Positions 1 to 13,018 of a DNA stretch of 64,000 nucleotides are shown here, one piece after another. Made by a program: the position numbers and the translations under genes. Each line of letters begins with the position of its first letter. Position 1 is the stretch's first letter. The notes below the pieces were generated by a model. The model was not told the origin of the DNA. It did no database searches and saw only the letters and a program-made list of their open reading frames with translations. Source of the stretch: Podarcis liolepis (taxonomy: Eukaryota); the NCBI GenBank assembly GCA_965112155.1, contig OZ218107.1. The stretch is one strand, 5' to 3'.

Positions 1-8
1 CCCTACCA

Positions 9-140
9 CAAGTATGTCCAAACTTGGCCCTCCAGCTGTTTGGGGACTACAACTCCCATCATCCCTAACAGGACCAGTGGTCAGGGATGATGGGAACTGT
101 AGTCTCCAAACAGCTGGAGGGTCAAGTTTGGCCATGCCTG
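9..140. mobile_element. Palindromic hAT-type MITE with perfect 8-bp TSD
   Basis: Arms are inverted copies (caagtatgtccaaactt...aagtttggccatgcctg; ggactacaactcccatcatccct...agggatgatgggaactgtagtc). CCCTACCA flanks both sides (1-8, 141-148). Confidence 0.85.
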
Positions 141-1158
141 CCCTACCATTTTGGGACAGTTTATAGTCTGATACTTTGAGGAGTCATTTGCTCTTTTTTC
201 TTTTATATTTGCAACACAGTGACTGCCATTCTTCTGTTGTTACATTTTTTTATCTTTCCCCTGTTGAACTATATTAGGTTTTATTGCTTTTCAAAAAAGT
301 ACATGCCTAAAATTTAAGAGCATACAATACTGGATTATGGATATTTATTCAAGAAACCACAGAAATGTTCAAAGCAGTATTTGAAGCTTCATCATAACAC
401 AATTCACAGGAAATGATACCAAGGCTATGTAAATGGATGCAAAAGTGTTTCTTACCTTTTAAGCTTTGATGGCACCATTTAATTCTTTCTTATCTATATT
501 CAATAACCTTTTTAAAAGAAAAATATTTCTCATCTGAAGCACACCACCTGGTGAATATGAACTGGCATTGTTTTACGTGAAGACCAGATTCACATATCTA
601 ATTTTTCAATAGTTCCAAATATTTTTAAACATTTCCCCCCCAACATGAGGTAGTTATGAATTACAACCAACTTCGGAAGCCAAGTCTGCTGAATTCTTTT
701 GGGAATCTATATTTGCAGTTAGCAGCTCAACTTGGGGGGGGGGGGAATGATAAAAGTGCATAAAATGATTTATTTATTTTTAGTCATTATAAAATAATTC
801 AAATGCACAGAGCAAGTGAGACGATATCCTACTCGAATCAAACTTGCAGATACATAAAGCTCTTCATCAGAATTGATGCTTAGACCTAGAACTCATTGGA
901 GTGATGGGGCATTGCTTACCTGACTTCTTAGCAGGTGGGTTGCTGTTACTTACTGGGAGGGAGAGTGGAATGGGCAAGGGGGAAGGAGGTCAGCGCTGTG
1001 CAAACGCACCAGCAGGAGCACCACATTGGTTCATCCAGTGCACCCCCACAGGGCTGAACTCCCTGCCACCTTGACCCTCTCACTTTCTCTCCCTGCAAGC
1101 AGCTGTGATCCACATGCTGGGAGGTCGTGTAAGCACCGCTGTGCCGTACCCCACCATC

Positions 1159-2370
1159 GGGGACAGAGGGTGGCGCTTGGGGGGGAATTGTCATCGCGCC
1201 ACTCCTTGGTGTGTGGAGTACCTCAGGGTGCGATACTCTCCCCGATGCTTTTCAACATCTTTATGCGCCCCCTCGCCCAGCTTGTCCGGAGTTTTGGGCT
1301 GGGTTGCCATCAGTATGCCGATGACACCCAACTCTATCTGTTGATGGATGGCCATCCTGACTCGGCCCCAGACACACTGACCAGATGTTTGGAAGCTGTG
1401 GCTGGATGGTTACGTGGGAGCCGGTTGAAGCTAAATCCTTCGAAGACAGAGGTCCTGTGGCTAGGGCGGGGCGATATGGGATTGGGGGGGCAACTCCCAT
1501 CTCTTGCGGGGGCGCAATTAGTGCCAGCACCGTCTGTTAAGAGTTTGGGTGTAATCTTCGACGCCTCCCTTTCCATGGAGGCGCAGATTGCAGCTATAAC
1601 AAAGGCGGCATTTTTCCATCTCCGCCAAGCTAAGCAGTTGGCTCCTTACCTCTCTCGCCCTGACCTGGCCACTGTGATCCATGCGACGGTCACCTCCAGA
1701 TTGGATTATTGTAACTCGCTCTACGTGGGGCTGCCCTTGAGACTGACCCAGAAACTCCAGCGGGTGCAGAATGCCGCGGCGAGACTCCTTATGGGGTCTT
1801 CGCTGCGAGATCACATTCATCCGGTGCTACACCAGCTGCACTGGCTCCCGGTGGAGTACAGGATCAGATTTAAGGTGCTGGTTTTAACCTTTAAAGCCCT
1901 ATACGGCCTAGGACCCTCGTACCTACGGGACCGCCTCTCCTGGTATGCCCCACAGAGAAACTTACGGTCTTCAAATAAAAACATCTTGAAGGTCCCAGGC
2001 CACAGAGAAGTTAGGCTGGCCTCAACTAGAGCCAGGGCTTTTTCGGCTGTGGCTCCGATCTGGTGGAACACTCTGTCACAAGAGACCAGGGCCCTGCGGG
2101 ACTTGACATCTTTCCGCAGGGCCTGCAAGACAGAGTTGTTCCGCCAGGCCTTTGGCCAGGGCACAGCCTGACTCCCTCCCTCGGCAATCTTCGCGGAGCT
2201 CTGGCCCAATGGTTGCCAGTGGCCTGAATTAATTAATTTTACAATGAATGATTTTAGAGTGTTGTTTATGTTATACTTTTATACTGTTTTATTGTTGTTA
2301 GCCGCCCTGAGCCCGGCTTCGGCTGGGGAGGGCGGGATATAAATAAAATTTATTATTATTATTATTATTA
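1159..2370 (+). mobile_element. 5'-truncated L2-clade LINE (RT C-terminal half, 3' UTR, (TTA)n tail)
   Basis: Open frame with GVPQGAILSPMLFNIFM, QYADDTQLY, LKLNPSKTE, SRLDYCNSL and LHWLPVEYRIRFK. Stop at 2171, then a 3' stem-loop (2302-2335), AATAAA and (TTA)n. Confidence 0.92.
1161..2171 (+). pseudogene. L2 ORF2 reverse transcriptase fragment (uninterrupted frame, no endonuclease or start)
   Basis: ORF 1026..2171 is RT-like from about RGQRVALGG onward and contains the YADD catalytic motif. The upstream part is unrelated flanking sequence. Confidence 0.85.
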
Positions 2371-2559
2371 TCTGCTACTGGCTGCCATCCTATGTAGAGT
2401 AAGCACCATATTTCAGCATAAGATCGCTTTTTTGAAATATTAAAAAAAAGAAAAGGCCATAATTTGAGATGAAGGCAAGATTTAGTTCCAGTTGTGCATC
2501 TTCGAATGCGTTCTTTTCAATGAACAAGATACACATGCTTAAATCTGAATGAAATGGAT

Positions 2560-2725
2560 TCATGCTTAGTGGTAGAGCATCTGCTTTGCATGCAGGAAGT
2601 CCCAGGTTCAGTCCCCTGGGAACGTCCACTGCCAGAAAGCCTGGAGAGCTGCTGCTAGTCGGTGTACACAATACAAAGTAGATGGACAATGGTCTGACCT
2701 GGTTTATGGCAGCTTCCTATCTTTC
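2560..2725 (+). mobile_element. tRNA(Ala)-headed SINE with CR1-like tail (degenerate)
   Basis: The head gcttagtggtagagcatctgctttgcatgcagga...cccaggttcagtccc is tRNA-like. The tail reads agatggacaatggtctgacc...ggcagcttcctat. A related remnant lies at ~16130-16262. Confidence 0.65.
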
Positions 2726-2769
2726 TGTGTTTCTCTGGACCAACATTTCTGAAAGTGCATTAGGTAAAT

Positions 2770-2965
2770 CAAGGGTCAACAAACTGTTTGGGAATAGTGG
2801 GCACATTTTGAATTTTTAGAGTGCTGGGGGTGCCAGTCACAAAATGGGTGCCATGGAGGGGGCATGACATAACACAATATGGCTGTCTTGGGGAATGACG
2901 TAATTAGAACAACAACCTTATGCTTACCATGAAAAATCAGCTATTTTCCGCTGATCCTGACACAC

Positions 2966-3013
<48 letters not shown>

Positions 3014-3262
3014 GATGCTGTTGCTGTCTAATAGCAACAGGGAGCATTCCTCAGCACCAGAAAAAATATGAAAAGTTGCCACACCATTCTCATTTCACAG
3101 AAATTGCCTAGAAGCAATTTTGGCCCATAGCTTTCTTTCTAGCAGAGCTATAGACTTAATTTTTAAAATAAAAGTTCAGAGTCTAGGGCACCTGTCCAAG
3201 GACACCAATAAAAACCTTTGCAGGTGATATGCCACCCATAGGCACCAGGTTGGAGACTCCTG
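2770..3262. mobile_element. Old hAT-like non-autonomous element (degenerate ends, internal CA repeat)
   Basis: Left end caagggtcaacaaactg and right end caggttggagactcctg resemble degenerate CAGGGGT...CAAC hAT termini. Confidence 0.35.
2961..3010. repeat. (CA)n microsatellite
   Basis: Direct reading. Confidence 0.95.
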
Positions 3263-4963
3263 GTGTAAATAGTGAATGGCTGAGAGAACAGGTCTCAGCT
3301 GTGCTGAATGATTCCCCTCCCCTGAAAAATCTGTTTGCCCTCATCGGGTGGGCAGCTTGGCAGGTGGGCCTCAGGCCTCCCCTGTGAACTGGCCTATTGT
3401 AGGCTGGATCATCCTCTAGCTGCTGAATTGGCCAATGGCAACAGAAATTTAGGGAGCGTTTCACTGGGTGCAGTGCCAACTGACCAGTAACGGTGCTTGG
3501 TACTGTGCCTGGGGCAAGGATAAATGCCCAGCCTGCAGGGCTTTTTGGCCTCTCTCGTAATGGAATTCCATAAGGGATGTGGCAAGATGAACCAGACTCA
3601 ATATTGAGCTGCTATTGCCCATGGTGCATATATGCTAGGTGAGATGGAAGTTAGCTGAGTTACAAGTGCAGTAGTCTTTACTGCTCTTTTAAGGAAGCAG
3701 TGAAGGGCATTCTCCTCAATAAAAACCTCTCTCTCAAAATGTTGGGAACCTGTTCCCATGTGCAGCCATCCTTTTCATTTTCCTTAAAGCCCCCCAAATG
3801 CCTTCAATTAATTTAGAACATTTTGTTTAAAGCTTCACACCTGCAATTAAAGCCATTCAAACAGTTGCTAGTTGCATAAATGGCACTGTGTCTAGCTTGG
3901 GGGCCTTGATGTCCTGCCTTGGCCCACAATAAAGTTTCCTTTGTTTGTTTCTTTAGCACTTCAAACAGTCCATATAGCCCTTAAAGAACAACAGTAATAA
4001 CAGCAAGGATACTATCCACTCCCATACAACGGTGCCCCACAATCTAAAGCGAAAGCTCTGGTATTCTTCTCTGTCAGATAAAAACAGAAAATATGCTGAT
4101 AAATTAAGGGACTGACATGAAAAGACAAGATTAGCCATTTACAAAACATCACATTTTGACTAATGCTTTATAGCTGGGTGTACACAAAAAGAAGCAAGAA
4201 AACCCACAGGAATGGGGAGGACAATTGTTTTTTTAAGTGCAAACTTTTTGCTTCTATTTTTTAACCTCACACATCTCTTTAAAATCTGGATTAACTTTCA
4301 AGGTGGAAGAATGGAATGAAATAAGCAGCCTTTCATTTACTTCCAAAACTAACAAAAATGTTCTGTGTGGAAATTTATGTCACCAACACAGACTGACTCT
4401 TACTCACAGGGAGCAGAGATAGAATTACTGCCAATGGAATACATTCCTTCACGTACTTTGCCTCCAAGACACACTCACTATGCCACGTAAATTCAGGCAA
4501 TAGCCATGCTCTGACGGCTGAGGGCTATGCAAAAAACCCTCAGACAGTTATCCTGCAGTTATCCTGTCCAGATATCTGGGGGTGCATTTTGCACCAATGT
4601 AAAGCCATGCCCTCCCCATGTTGTAGGATGACCACTTACACAGCCACAGAAAAGAGGAAGCAAAGAGTGGGATCCACATTTTCATAGAAATGACTTATTA
4701 TATGTATCATATGACCCAATAACATTTGGGTAATGAAAAGGAGACTGGGGATCAGTGTGCTTGCTCTAGAACACCCTCCTGCCACAAGACCTTAATAAGA
4801 TGCTTATTGTGCCACAATGTCATTGAATTTCCCATGACACTTAATGTTGTTTTCACCTCAGTTTTAAGCAAATACAAACTAAAAGCTAAAAAAATAATCA
4901 TCCAAACAAAATCAGTAGCAACTGGGAGTCATGTGTCTTTTTGTGAAAGCAGAAGGCAATCAA

Positions 4964-5043
4964 TGTTCAGTTGGTAGTGCATGAGACTCTTGATCCCAGG
5001 GTCCCTACTTTGGATAAAGGATTCCTGCAGCTCTATGATTCTA
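4964..5043 (+). mobile_element. tRNA(Lys)-headed SINE remnant with CR1-type (CTATGATT) tail, internally deleted
   Basis: gttcagttggtagtgcatgagactcttgatcccagggt...gattcctgca...ctatgattcta. Confidence 0.5.
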
Positions 5044-5829
5044 AACAAATAGTTTCTCAACTCTGAGTGTTGAAGACACCAAGCAAATCATCTTTCCCCT
5101 CCCATTTCTCTTTCATATTCTGTTTGAGTAAAGTTTGAGTTCAGGATCTATCTTACAAATACTTCCACCACCACCTTCCTTCCTGTTTCTTTCATCTTAA
5201 ATAGATGATGACTGCTGCCACATAAATCTCGGAAATGAATCAGAGAACATGTTGGAGTTGCAAATCATTTGGAACAAAGACAAGTATTTTGCTCTTGGCA
5301 GCAATTCATCTGATAGTGTCAGATTCATTGTCTACATTATGGACAATTTCTATAGTCCAATTTATAGGACATAGACTGGAAATATGGAAGCAGATCATGC
5401 TTCTTTTCTATTTAATGTTGATTTGTTACCTCCTCCCCTGCATCACATCTGTCCAAACTATCTGGCCACTAAGTTGTGAACTCTTATGAGAACAAGGATT
5501 GTCTTCTTTCTTTCTCACCTGTGCATTACACTGTGGAGGAAATGTGGGCTGAAGACAAAGGAGAATATAAACTTACTCCATGTGAATCAAAAGGCATTTT
5601 TGTTGACAATGTGATATGTCAAGCAAGATATTTATGGGTCCTGTCATCATAACTCATAAGCTTCTATCAGAAGAAAGCATAATCCAGTTTCATTCCCAGA
5701 GAATTTCTGTTATTATTTTCTATCTGAGCTGGAATTTGTTACGATTCTACTCACAGTGACTGTCTATTTTCCTATTTTAGGCCTGCACTGTACAATGTTA
5801 CTCTATGCTTTGGTTTTGAAAAACAGGTT

Positions 5830-6398
5830 CAGTCATCTCTTGAGATATCATCACCAAATTTGGCACGGCGGTTCCTAAGGTAGAGATGGCAGTCTTAATC
5901 AATATTTGGATTCCAGGCATAATTTTGATTCAATATGGCAACCAAACAATAACTTTGGTGTGACTTCACCTGGTTTTTTGGGCACAGGCTTGGTCACCTC
6001 CCAATATATCATTTCCAAACTCATCACAAGGTTTTCTGAGGTGAGGGAGAGGTGGATTTAGTTCAGTCACACTGGGCACAGAGCCTTGGGGGCACTGCTG
6101 GGGATGCTGCAAATATGATTTAGAATGGAGCGCGAGAGGTGGAGGGTGTCACTCAGGGCGCTGCTGAAATTTGATGCCATAAGAGCTGCCACTGGGGTTG
6201 GCGGTGTTTCATTGATGTTTGGATGCCAGGTGCCATTTTGAATCAAGATGGTGAGCCCAAGTGTGACTTTGGTGTGACTTCACTCGATTTTTGGCATGAT
6301 GGGCACAAACTCACAAATTACACTATGTATTCTAAAATCACAATGTTTTGGGGGGAGGGTCTGAAAATTCCCGGGCATTGCCAGTCACACCCTGTTAG
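5830..6398 (+). mobile_element. Putative non-autonomous Helitron fragment with nested insertion
   Basis: Internal caccaaatttggcac motif and duplicated actttggtgtgacttcac. The 3' end cccgggcattgccag...gTTAG|T resembles a subterminal hairpin plus CTRR|T Helitron end. Confidence 0.4.
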
Positions 6399-6583
6399 TG
6401 CTATATAAAGGAGAAACATCTGCTGATTCGGGAATCTTGCCAAGTTAGAGGCTGCATTAAATTATGGCTGAATGTTCACGTCAAAAATTTCCTGGTTATT
6501 AATGATTAACTATAAAATATAGGTCCTCTGCTAGTAGACCCAGTGAATATCTGAGATAAGATCTCCCTCTAAACATGCTATGA

Positions 6584-6588
<5 letters not shown>

Positions 6589-6633
<45 letters not shown>
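6589..6633. repeat. (TTA)n microsatellite
   Basis: Direct reading. Confidence 0.95.
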
Positions 6634-7908
6634 CCGTAATAGTAGGGAATCTACCATATCTGAATCTACAGAAACTAGGCATTGTATAATGATAAAAATA
6701 GCTTGCTTCTACTGAAAAAGAAAATAAACACAAGACTTTAGTTGTCTTCTTTTCATCCCCTTTAAACAATGTATGCATTTCAAGTCATATTTCTAACTTT
6801 ATTCTTCCTCAAGTGATTTATTTTTCAACCCCCTTGCCCCAAATAATTCTACATAAGCTAAAGTGGTTTCCCAAAGGCTTGTTCTCACATCTTTCCCCCT
6901 TGAACTTCTTCATGTTTTTGACATGTCACAGAGTTCAACTACTTTGCTAACAGGGTATTTAAAGCATGCTTTCTGTCAGAAAGCTCTCCTGACACATCAG
7001 CCTACGCATTGTTCTGTTTCTGCCAATAAGCCTTTTAGCGATATAGAACTGCATGTTTGTTTAGCTGTCAGGGCACAACACAGTTTGAGCCTCAATCAAA
7101 TGTTTTAAGTTGGCTTAGAGCATTGAAGAGATTACAAAATTTGTTTTGGCCTCAATAGCCTATGTCAATTTATACATACTAAGTTTAGAGCTTGTTCTGC
7201 ATTTCATTCTAAGAACTCAATCTTATGCTTACTCAAAAGAAAGCCAAAACTTACTTACTTCCAATGAAAAGTCAAAGGCATGCAGCTTTTTTTTTTACAT
7301 TTATTTAATTGTAAATAAGATCATAAGGTCAAGTGCCCAAAGCTAAGAGCATCTGCAGAATGGGTAGATGTCCAAGTGTCAGAGAACTGCAAAGCTGGAA
7401 CATGTTTGAGACTACAGTTCCCATCAGCCCCAGCCAGCATGGCTATGGCCAGTGATGATGCACAGGGCACCATGTTAGCCAGCACTGGTATTTATACTCT
7501 CTGTTTGGAACAAGAGCAGCTGAAGCCAGAAGTGCACATTTACCCAAGAAGTCTAGTTCCTGCCACCACATGGACCAGTTTTGTTGAAAGGTGACTACTT
7601 AATTCATCACTACTTCCCAAATCCATACTCCTCCAACTGTCCTGTTTTCAGTGGGACATCCCGGATAACAGAAACCAATCTCAGAATGTCCCAATTAAGA
7701 CTGGCACCCTGGTGTGAGTCAGCCCAACCCTGCTGACAAGCACCAGAGCACTTTCTGGGATCGCTTTGGCAATTGTCAACGGGTCACACCTCTGCCCTGG
7801 CATGTCCCTTTGACAATCGCCAAGGTGCCTTTCAGGAAGGCACACTAGCAATCTCAAAGGGATGCACCAAAGCACCTTGGCAGGCCTTGCGGAGGAGGAG
7901 GAGACAGC

Positions 7909-8349
7909 CTCAACATGCAAACCTGGTAGACCTTCATAGGTATTGGTTGTTAACATCATATTGTCCCATACCCTTTTGGAGAGGTGGGCCTTAGCTGTAC
8001 CTGTCTTGCCAAAGGAACCAGGCCTGTTGGCAGACCAACTCCATGCTGCAAAGATGTCTGCAAACATGACATGAAGACTGGCAACATCAACCTTGCCATG
8101 TGGGAATCCCTTGCAGTGATCATCCATAACAGTGACCAGAGAAAGAATGGCCACTGGGAGGAGCACAAATGCCATGGTGCATCTGCATCAGCAAAACCGG
8201 ATGCCTTCATCTACCCCAGCTGCAACGAAACATCTCCTGTATCAATCTCTACAACCACAGAAGGCATTGTAACCTTCCAACAGTTTGACTTCACCCCTAA
8301 AGGCACACTTCTCCGATGTCTCCTGAGACAGGCGGATGTCAGCAACAAC
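7909..8349 (+). mobile_element. RTE-clade LINE 3' fragment with an inverted 5' segment
   Basis: + strand 8010-8349 reads GTRPVGRPTPCCKDVCKHDMKTGNINLAMWESLA...YPSCN and ends in a CAACAAC tail. - strand 8010-7909 reads GKTGTAKAHLSKRVWDNMMLTTNT/MKVYQVCML, typical of the RTE ORF upstream of that region. Confidence 0.7.
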
Positions 8350-9208
8350 CGAGAATTGTAGCTCTGGTGTGAATATGGCCAGTAAGTGTGAGGTGTATCT
8401 TGCATCTATGATACTTGCTGGTGCAGCTCAACCTGAGAAGGCATTAAAGAAGGGAAGAATTTTGCAGTGCACAACTGTAAATGAAGCTATATAGTCACAC
8501 TGAGTGTGTGTGTCGGGGTGGGGGTGAGGACAGAGGATTTCCATTGTTCATGAAGCCAGGATCCCCCAAAGCTAACCTGATGGACTGACTAAGCATGTGG
8601 TTTAGGTCTCATGGCATTTTAGTTCCTATAATATCTCTCTAGCCTCTCTATGCATCTATAGTTGTTTGAAACAGTTGCTCTTAGAAGCCTGAAAGCAACA
8701 GCTGCTTTCTTCATCTTATGAACTTTATATAACCTACTTCATAACATTCTGTGGAGCCTATTTTCCCTTTGTATTAAAAGGGAAAATCCAGTCCACAATG
8801 CAAGAACGTGAGCAACCCAAGCAGCTAAGAACTGCTTAGTTCTTTTTGTGCTCAGTGAAGTTGAATTTGTAATAAGAGCTGAACCAGATGTTTTCAGATG
8901 CTCACAGACAACTGTAGGAAGAGAAAAAGAGAGATGAGGCAATGAAGGGACTGTTCTGAAGGGATTTGATTCTCTGCAAGAAGCCTTTTTTCAGTCATTT
9001 ACTGTTGCAGCGCTCTGCCATGGCTGGTGAAGCACTTTCCCCATAAAAGTCATTTCAATGCATGCAATCAGCATCATCTGAGAAATGACAGAAAATGGAC
9101 TTCATGTAGAAAACTACATGTACTCAACCTGTGCCACAGATATTAGAGAAAAATGTGGATGTAATATCACTCTTCTCCCAAGATGGGGGCACCATCTTGT
9201 CACAAAAC

Positions 9209-9292
9209 TATAGAATTGTAGAGTTGGAAGGGACTCCAATGGTCATCTAGTCTAACCCCCTGCAATGCAGAATTCTCAACTAAATCATCCAT
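9209..9292 (-). mobile_element. CR1-type 3' end fragment
   Basis: atagaattgtagagttggaagggac...ggtcatctagtctaaccccctgcaatgcag is the reverse complement of a CR1/CR1-SINE 3' terminus. Confidence 0.65.
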
Positions 9293-10273
9293 TCTTCCTG
9301 ATGTTTAGTCAGATGTTTGTTCTGAAGGGATTTGATTCTCAAGCAGAAAAGTAACTTGGGCCAGCTCTGTCTGTATTTCAGATTCATTTTAAAAGACTTT
9401 TGTGACTGGCTGCTCCTCTTTCAGATATGTCTCTTTCCCATGCTAACAAAAGATAACCACTGCATTTATATTTTATTAGGAGCTGTTGCCAATATGAACT
9501 TGGCAAGCAGGCAACACACCCAGCTGTAAGGCTGCTTTTGATTAGGTTCTTGTTCCGTAGAATTATGGAGGCAAATTTATTTTTTAAAGTTTCCTGTTCT
9601 GTAAACATAGCCTGATTCAGCAATGAGTGAACCTTGAACACTTTTATAAACTTATTTTAAGTGACCGGCTGATGTTGGTTTGGTTGATGGAATCAACAAA
9701 ATGAGTCAGAGGTAGCTTTGAGGGTTATAGATCACAAGGGAAATGTATTGGGAAGAGTGGTCATTTTGCACTTACCACCTGGAGAAAATCTTTCTAATGT
9801 ATATTTTCACAAGGTACCTGTTTCATAAAATAGGTCTCTTAAGGGATGGCTTAATATTTAGGTAGCCAAAGATACTATCTATGTTGCCTTCTTTAAATAC
9901 AGCATATCAAATTTTCTATTTCTTTCTTCTTCTTTTTAACCTACTTTTTAATAAAAAACTTACAGTGGCCTGGTCTGTACATCAAAAACCATTGTTAAAA
10001 ATAAACTATGGATTCATATCAATAACCAGCATGTTAGTGCATGCCGATCAAAAGTCCCCACTCCACTCCACTATCACTTGTACTGTTACCATGGAGGAGG
10101 TACTAATGGTTTGTTCTTTCTCTCTCTAACACACACATACACAGAAACCAAAGTCTAGCAGAACTGATAGGGGAGATGGAAACTCCCCAGCTGGGTCAAC
10201 TTCTTTGCTTGCAGGACAGAGTTGAACAATGATACCATGTTGTTTTAAATGGATTGTTTTAGGCTTTATTGGT

Positions 10274-10767
10274 TGTCAGGGACGGGCAGGGCTCTGAAGA
10301 GCATGTGGCGGAGGCAGGGCACCAGGGCAGTGACCCAGGAGAGGAGACCAGTGATTTTGGGGGGGGGGTGACGCCACCCGCAAGGCAGGATCCAGGGAAG
10401 GAGGGAGTGTGCAAGATATGGTGGCGGAAGAAGAAGGGACAGGTCAGATGAGGGACGATAGGTCAGTAGATTCCCGACCTTTCTCTGCCCACTGTCTTCT
10501 AGAGCCAGAAGGGGTAATCATTTCTGTGCAGGAGACATCTTAGGTTGCAGGCATGCAACCCAAAGGAGGGGATATAAGCCAGAGGAGGGGAGGGACCCCA
10601 CTATTGCTGCAACTGCTCCATAGGGCCCAGACCCGTGGACAGGTGCCTAGAGGCTACAAGTGTGTAAGCATGTTTATCTGGAACAACATGAAAACTGCTG
10701 TGTTTCTTTTGCCAATAAGGAGTTAACTATCAGACATGTCCCTTCCTTATCTGGGCGGGTCATGATA
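10274..10767 (+). mobile_element. Probable solo LTR (Gypsy-like), degenerate
   Basis: Begins TGTCAGG and ends CATGATA (decayed CATGACA). Purine-rich U3, a gatataag TATA-like box and an aataag polyA-like signal. TSD not clean. Confidence 0.5.
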
Positions 10768-13018
10768 GTAGTCCATTTTTGCATATAATTTCAACTGAAA
10801 AGCAGGTCAGCTATCTGAATAAAACAAATAATTAAGTAAACACCTGTGGTCCCAGATAGACTTCATGGTAACAGTTTTTTTAAAAATGTGATAGCTGTGT
10901 GAAGAGCTAACGTGAAGAGTTTCATATTTGGGATATGGTTTATCTCCTGCTCTCTCTGAAATTTGGAGTGGTTTGACATAACAGAAAAGAATCAAACTGA
11001 GTATAGCTTATGTTTCATCAGATCTCCCACCCTTGTGAGATTACAGGACAAAACTTCACTAGAGGACCTAAACTTCACTAGAGTGGCGTAACCAATATGG
11101 CTTGCCTTTTAAAAAACCATTTGAACTGGAACTCTGTGATACTGGGACTGTGTGACAGTATTTGGGGGAGAATGAAAAGGTGTGGAGATGGAGAGACAGC
11201 AGTTTGCAGACTTCTCTCACTGTCCATTTTTCACATCAGACTTAGCAACCCACTTCAGTCACAAGCCATTGACTCAAGTGCCCTGCGTTTGATTCACTTC
11301 CTGTTCCTCTATGTAAAATCAAGCCATCGCTCTATCCTACCCAGGAGATGTGCAGATTGTCCTTGCATTGGAAGGGCACATAATTCTTTAATGAGGGTGA
11401 TGTGAATTTTCTTGTTTGGCAGATGAACAGGCACGAACCATCTGCTCTTCCTGTGCTCTCTATGCCATCATCACATACCTGCTTGTCTTTGAAGGTGTGT
11501 TGATGCATAATGAAGCACATTTAATCTCTGACCAATACTCAGTAGAAATTTAAATGGCAATTTAAATTTAATTTTTTTATTAGTAATTATGCTTAAGGTT
11601 GTTGGGGTAGGCAGCTTTTTTCCTGTGTGATCATTTGAAGTGGCACAGCTGTGTTATATTTCTTATATATCACATTGATATTGAAGTTTGCCTGCTTTCA
11701 GTGCAAGTCACATTGATACTGTAATGTTAGGTGATAAATAAATCAAATGCACAAACCACTCTACTGTAGATTGGCACAGGCAATTAATTTCATTGCAAAC
11801 TATTATCTGAAAAATATGTATTTTCTGAATAGGATCTGGGAGTACATTCCCTAATATGGGATAACACAACATCTCCTTAAAAGGGCCCTTAATGCATTTT
11901 TAGCAAGTCACTTCATGACATTCTTTACAAAAAAATCCAAGAAGTACAAGATGAAAGAATGCTGGACTAATGAAGAAGGCAACGTGACCAGAATGTTGGG
12001 GAGGAAAGACTCCTCTAAGTCTCTGTGTTAGAAGTCTAAAGTGCACATGCAAACTCTGAAAAAGCAGGGTTCCTCTTGGAAATATGAGGAAAGTCTATGT
12101 CACAAGGCAATAAACTACAGTCATGTTCCTTTCCTTGCCACACAGGCAATAGGCTGGATCCTGGGAAACATCCACACAAATTAGAATAAACATCCTGGAG
12201 CTTTTTCTCCTTCTATTTCTTTTTCCTGTTGCTTCATTATCATGTCTGAAGCTTTATTTCATGAATGATTAACATTTTATTGTGATACACTTTTAAATAC
12301 ATCCATAATATGCATATGTCTGTCAGGTAGCATGTAAAGTAGTCCAGGAGGTACGGATTAGGCCAGTTCCTCAAACAGCCTTATCATAAGGTATGTGTTA
12401 ACATTTCTCTGGATCATGGTCGGCTTAGCTTCAGGCTCGTACTTGTACAACTAAAAATATGCCATCAGGGAAATCCATCTTCCATTGTAATACTTTTCTC
12501 AGTTTGAGCAGAAGAGGCAAACAGAATTCGGTGCACTCGACAAAATACTAATTCTTAGCCAAGTGTCAAGCAAAGGGTTACAAACTGGAAACCACTAGCT
12601 CCTAAACTGGGATCAACACCCATATATCCATTGCTATACCACACCCCTGCACAATCACTCATTTTCATGCTTCTCAATTTTAGCTTACAATGATAACATA
12701 CTGCTCACAACAACTGCAACATCTGATGCTGCCACCATGGTTGAATAGGAGGGGTTTAATTTTCTTGCAAGATCTTGGGGGCCCTGCATCTCACGCAGCC
12801 TAGCAATATCTCAGGAGAGAGTGCTAGCTTCCTTTAAAAGGATGGGCCACCATCTTGCCTGAATTCTTTCCTCAAGTAGAGTAAACTTTCCCAGCCCTCC
12901 TTCCTTTGGTTTAGAGGCTCTCATTGAGGCTTGCTGTGGTCACTGATTAACAGGGGCAGCATCGTTCTTGCTTTGGATTACTACATTTTGGTCACATGGT
13001 CAAGCCAAGCAAGGATCA

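Noticed and set aside
1026-1160. N-terminal extension of the 381-aa ORF, suggesting a novel RT fusion gene
   Set aside because: It starts at a non-ATG codon in flanking DNA and has no RT-like character. It is a chance open frame upstream of a 5'-truncated L2.
2560-2640. tRNA-like sequences (also at 4964 and in SINE heads)
   Set aside because: Degenerate and continuing into SINE bodies; not intact tRNA genes.
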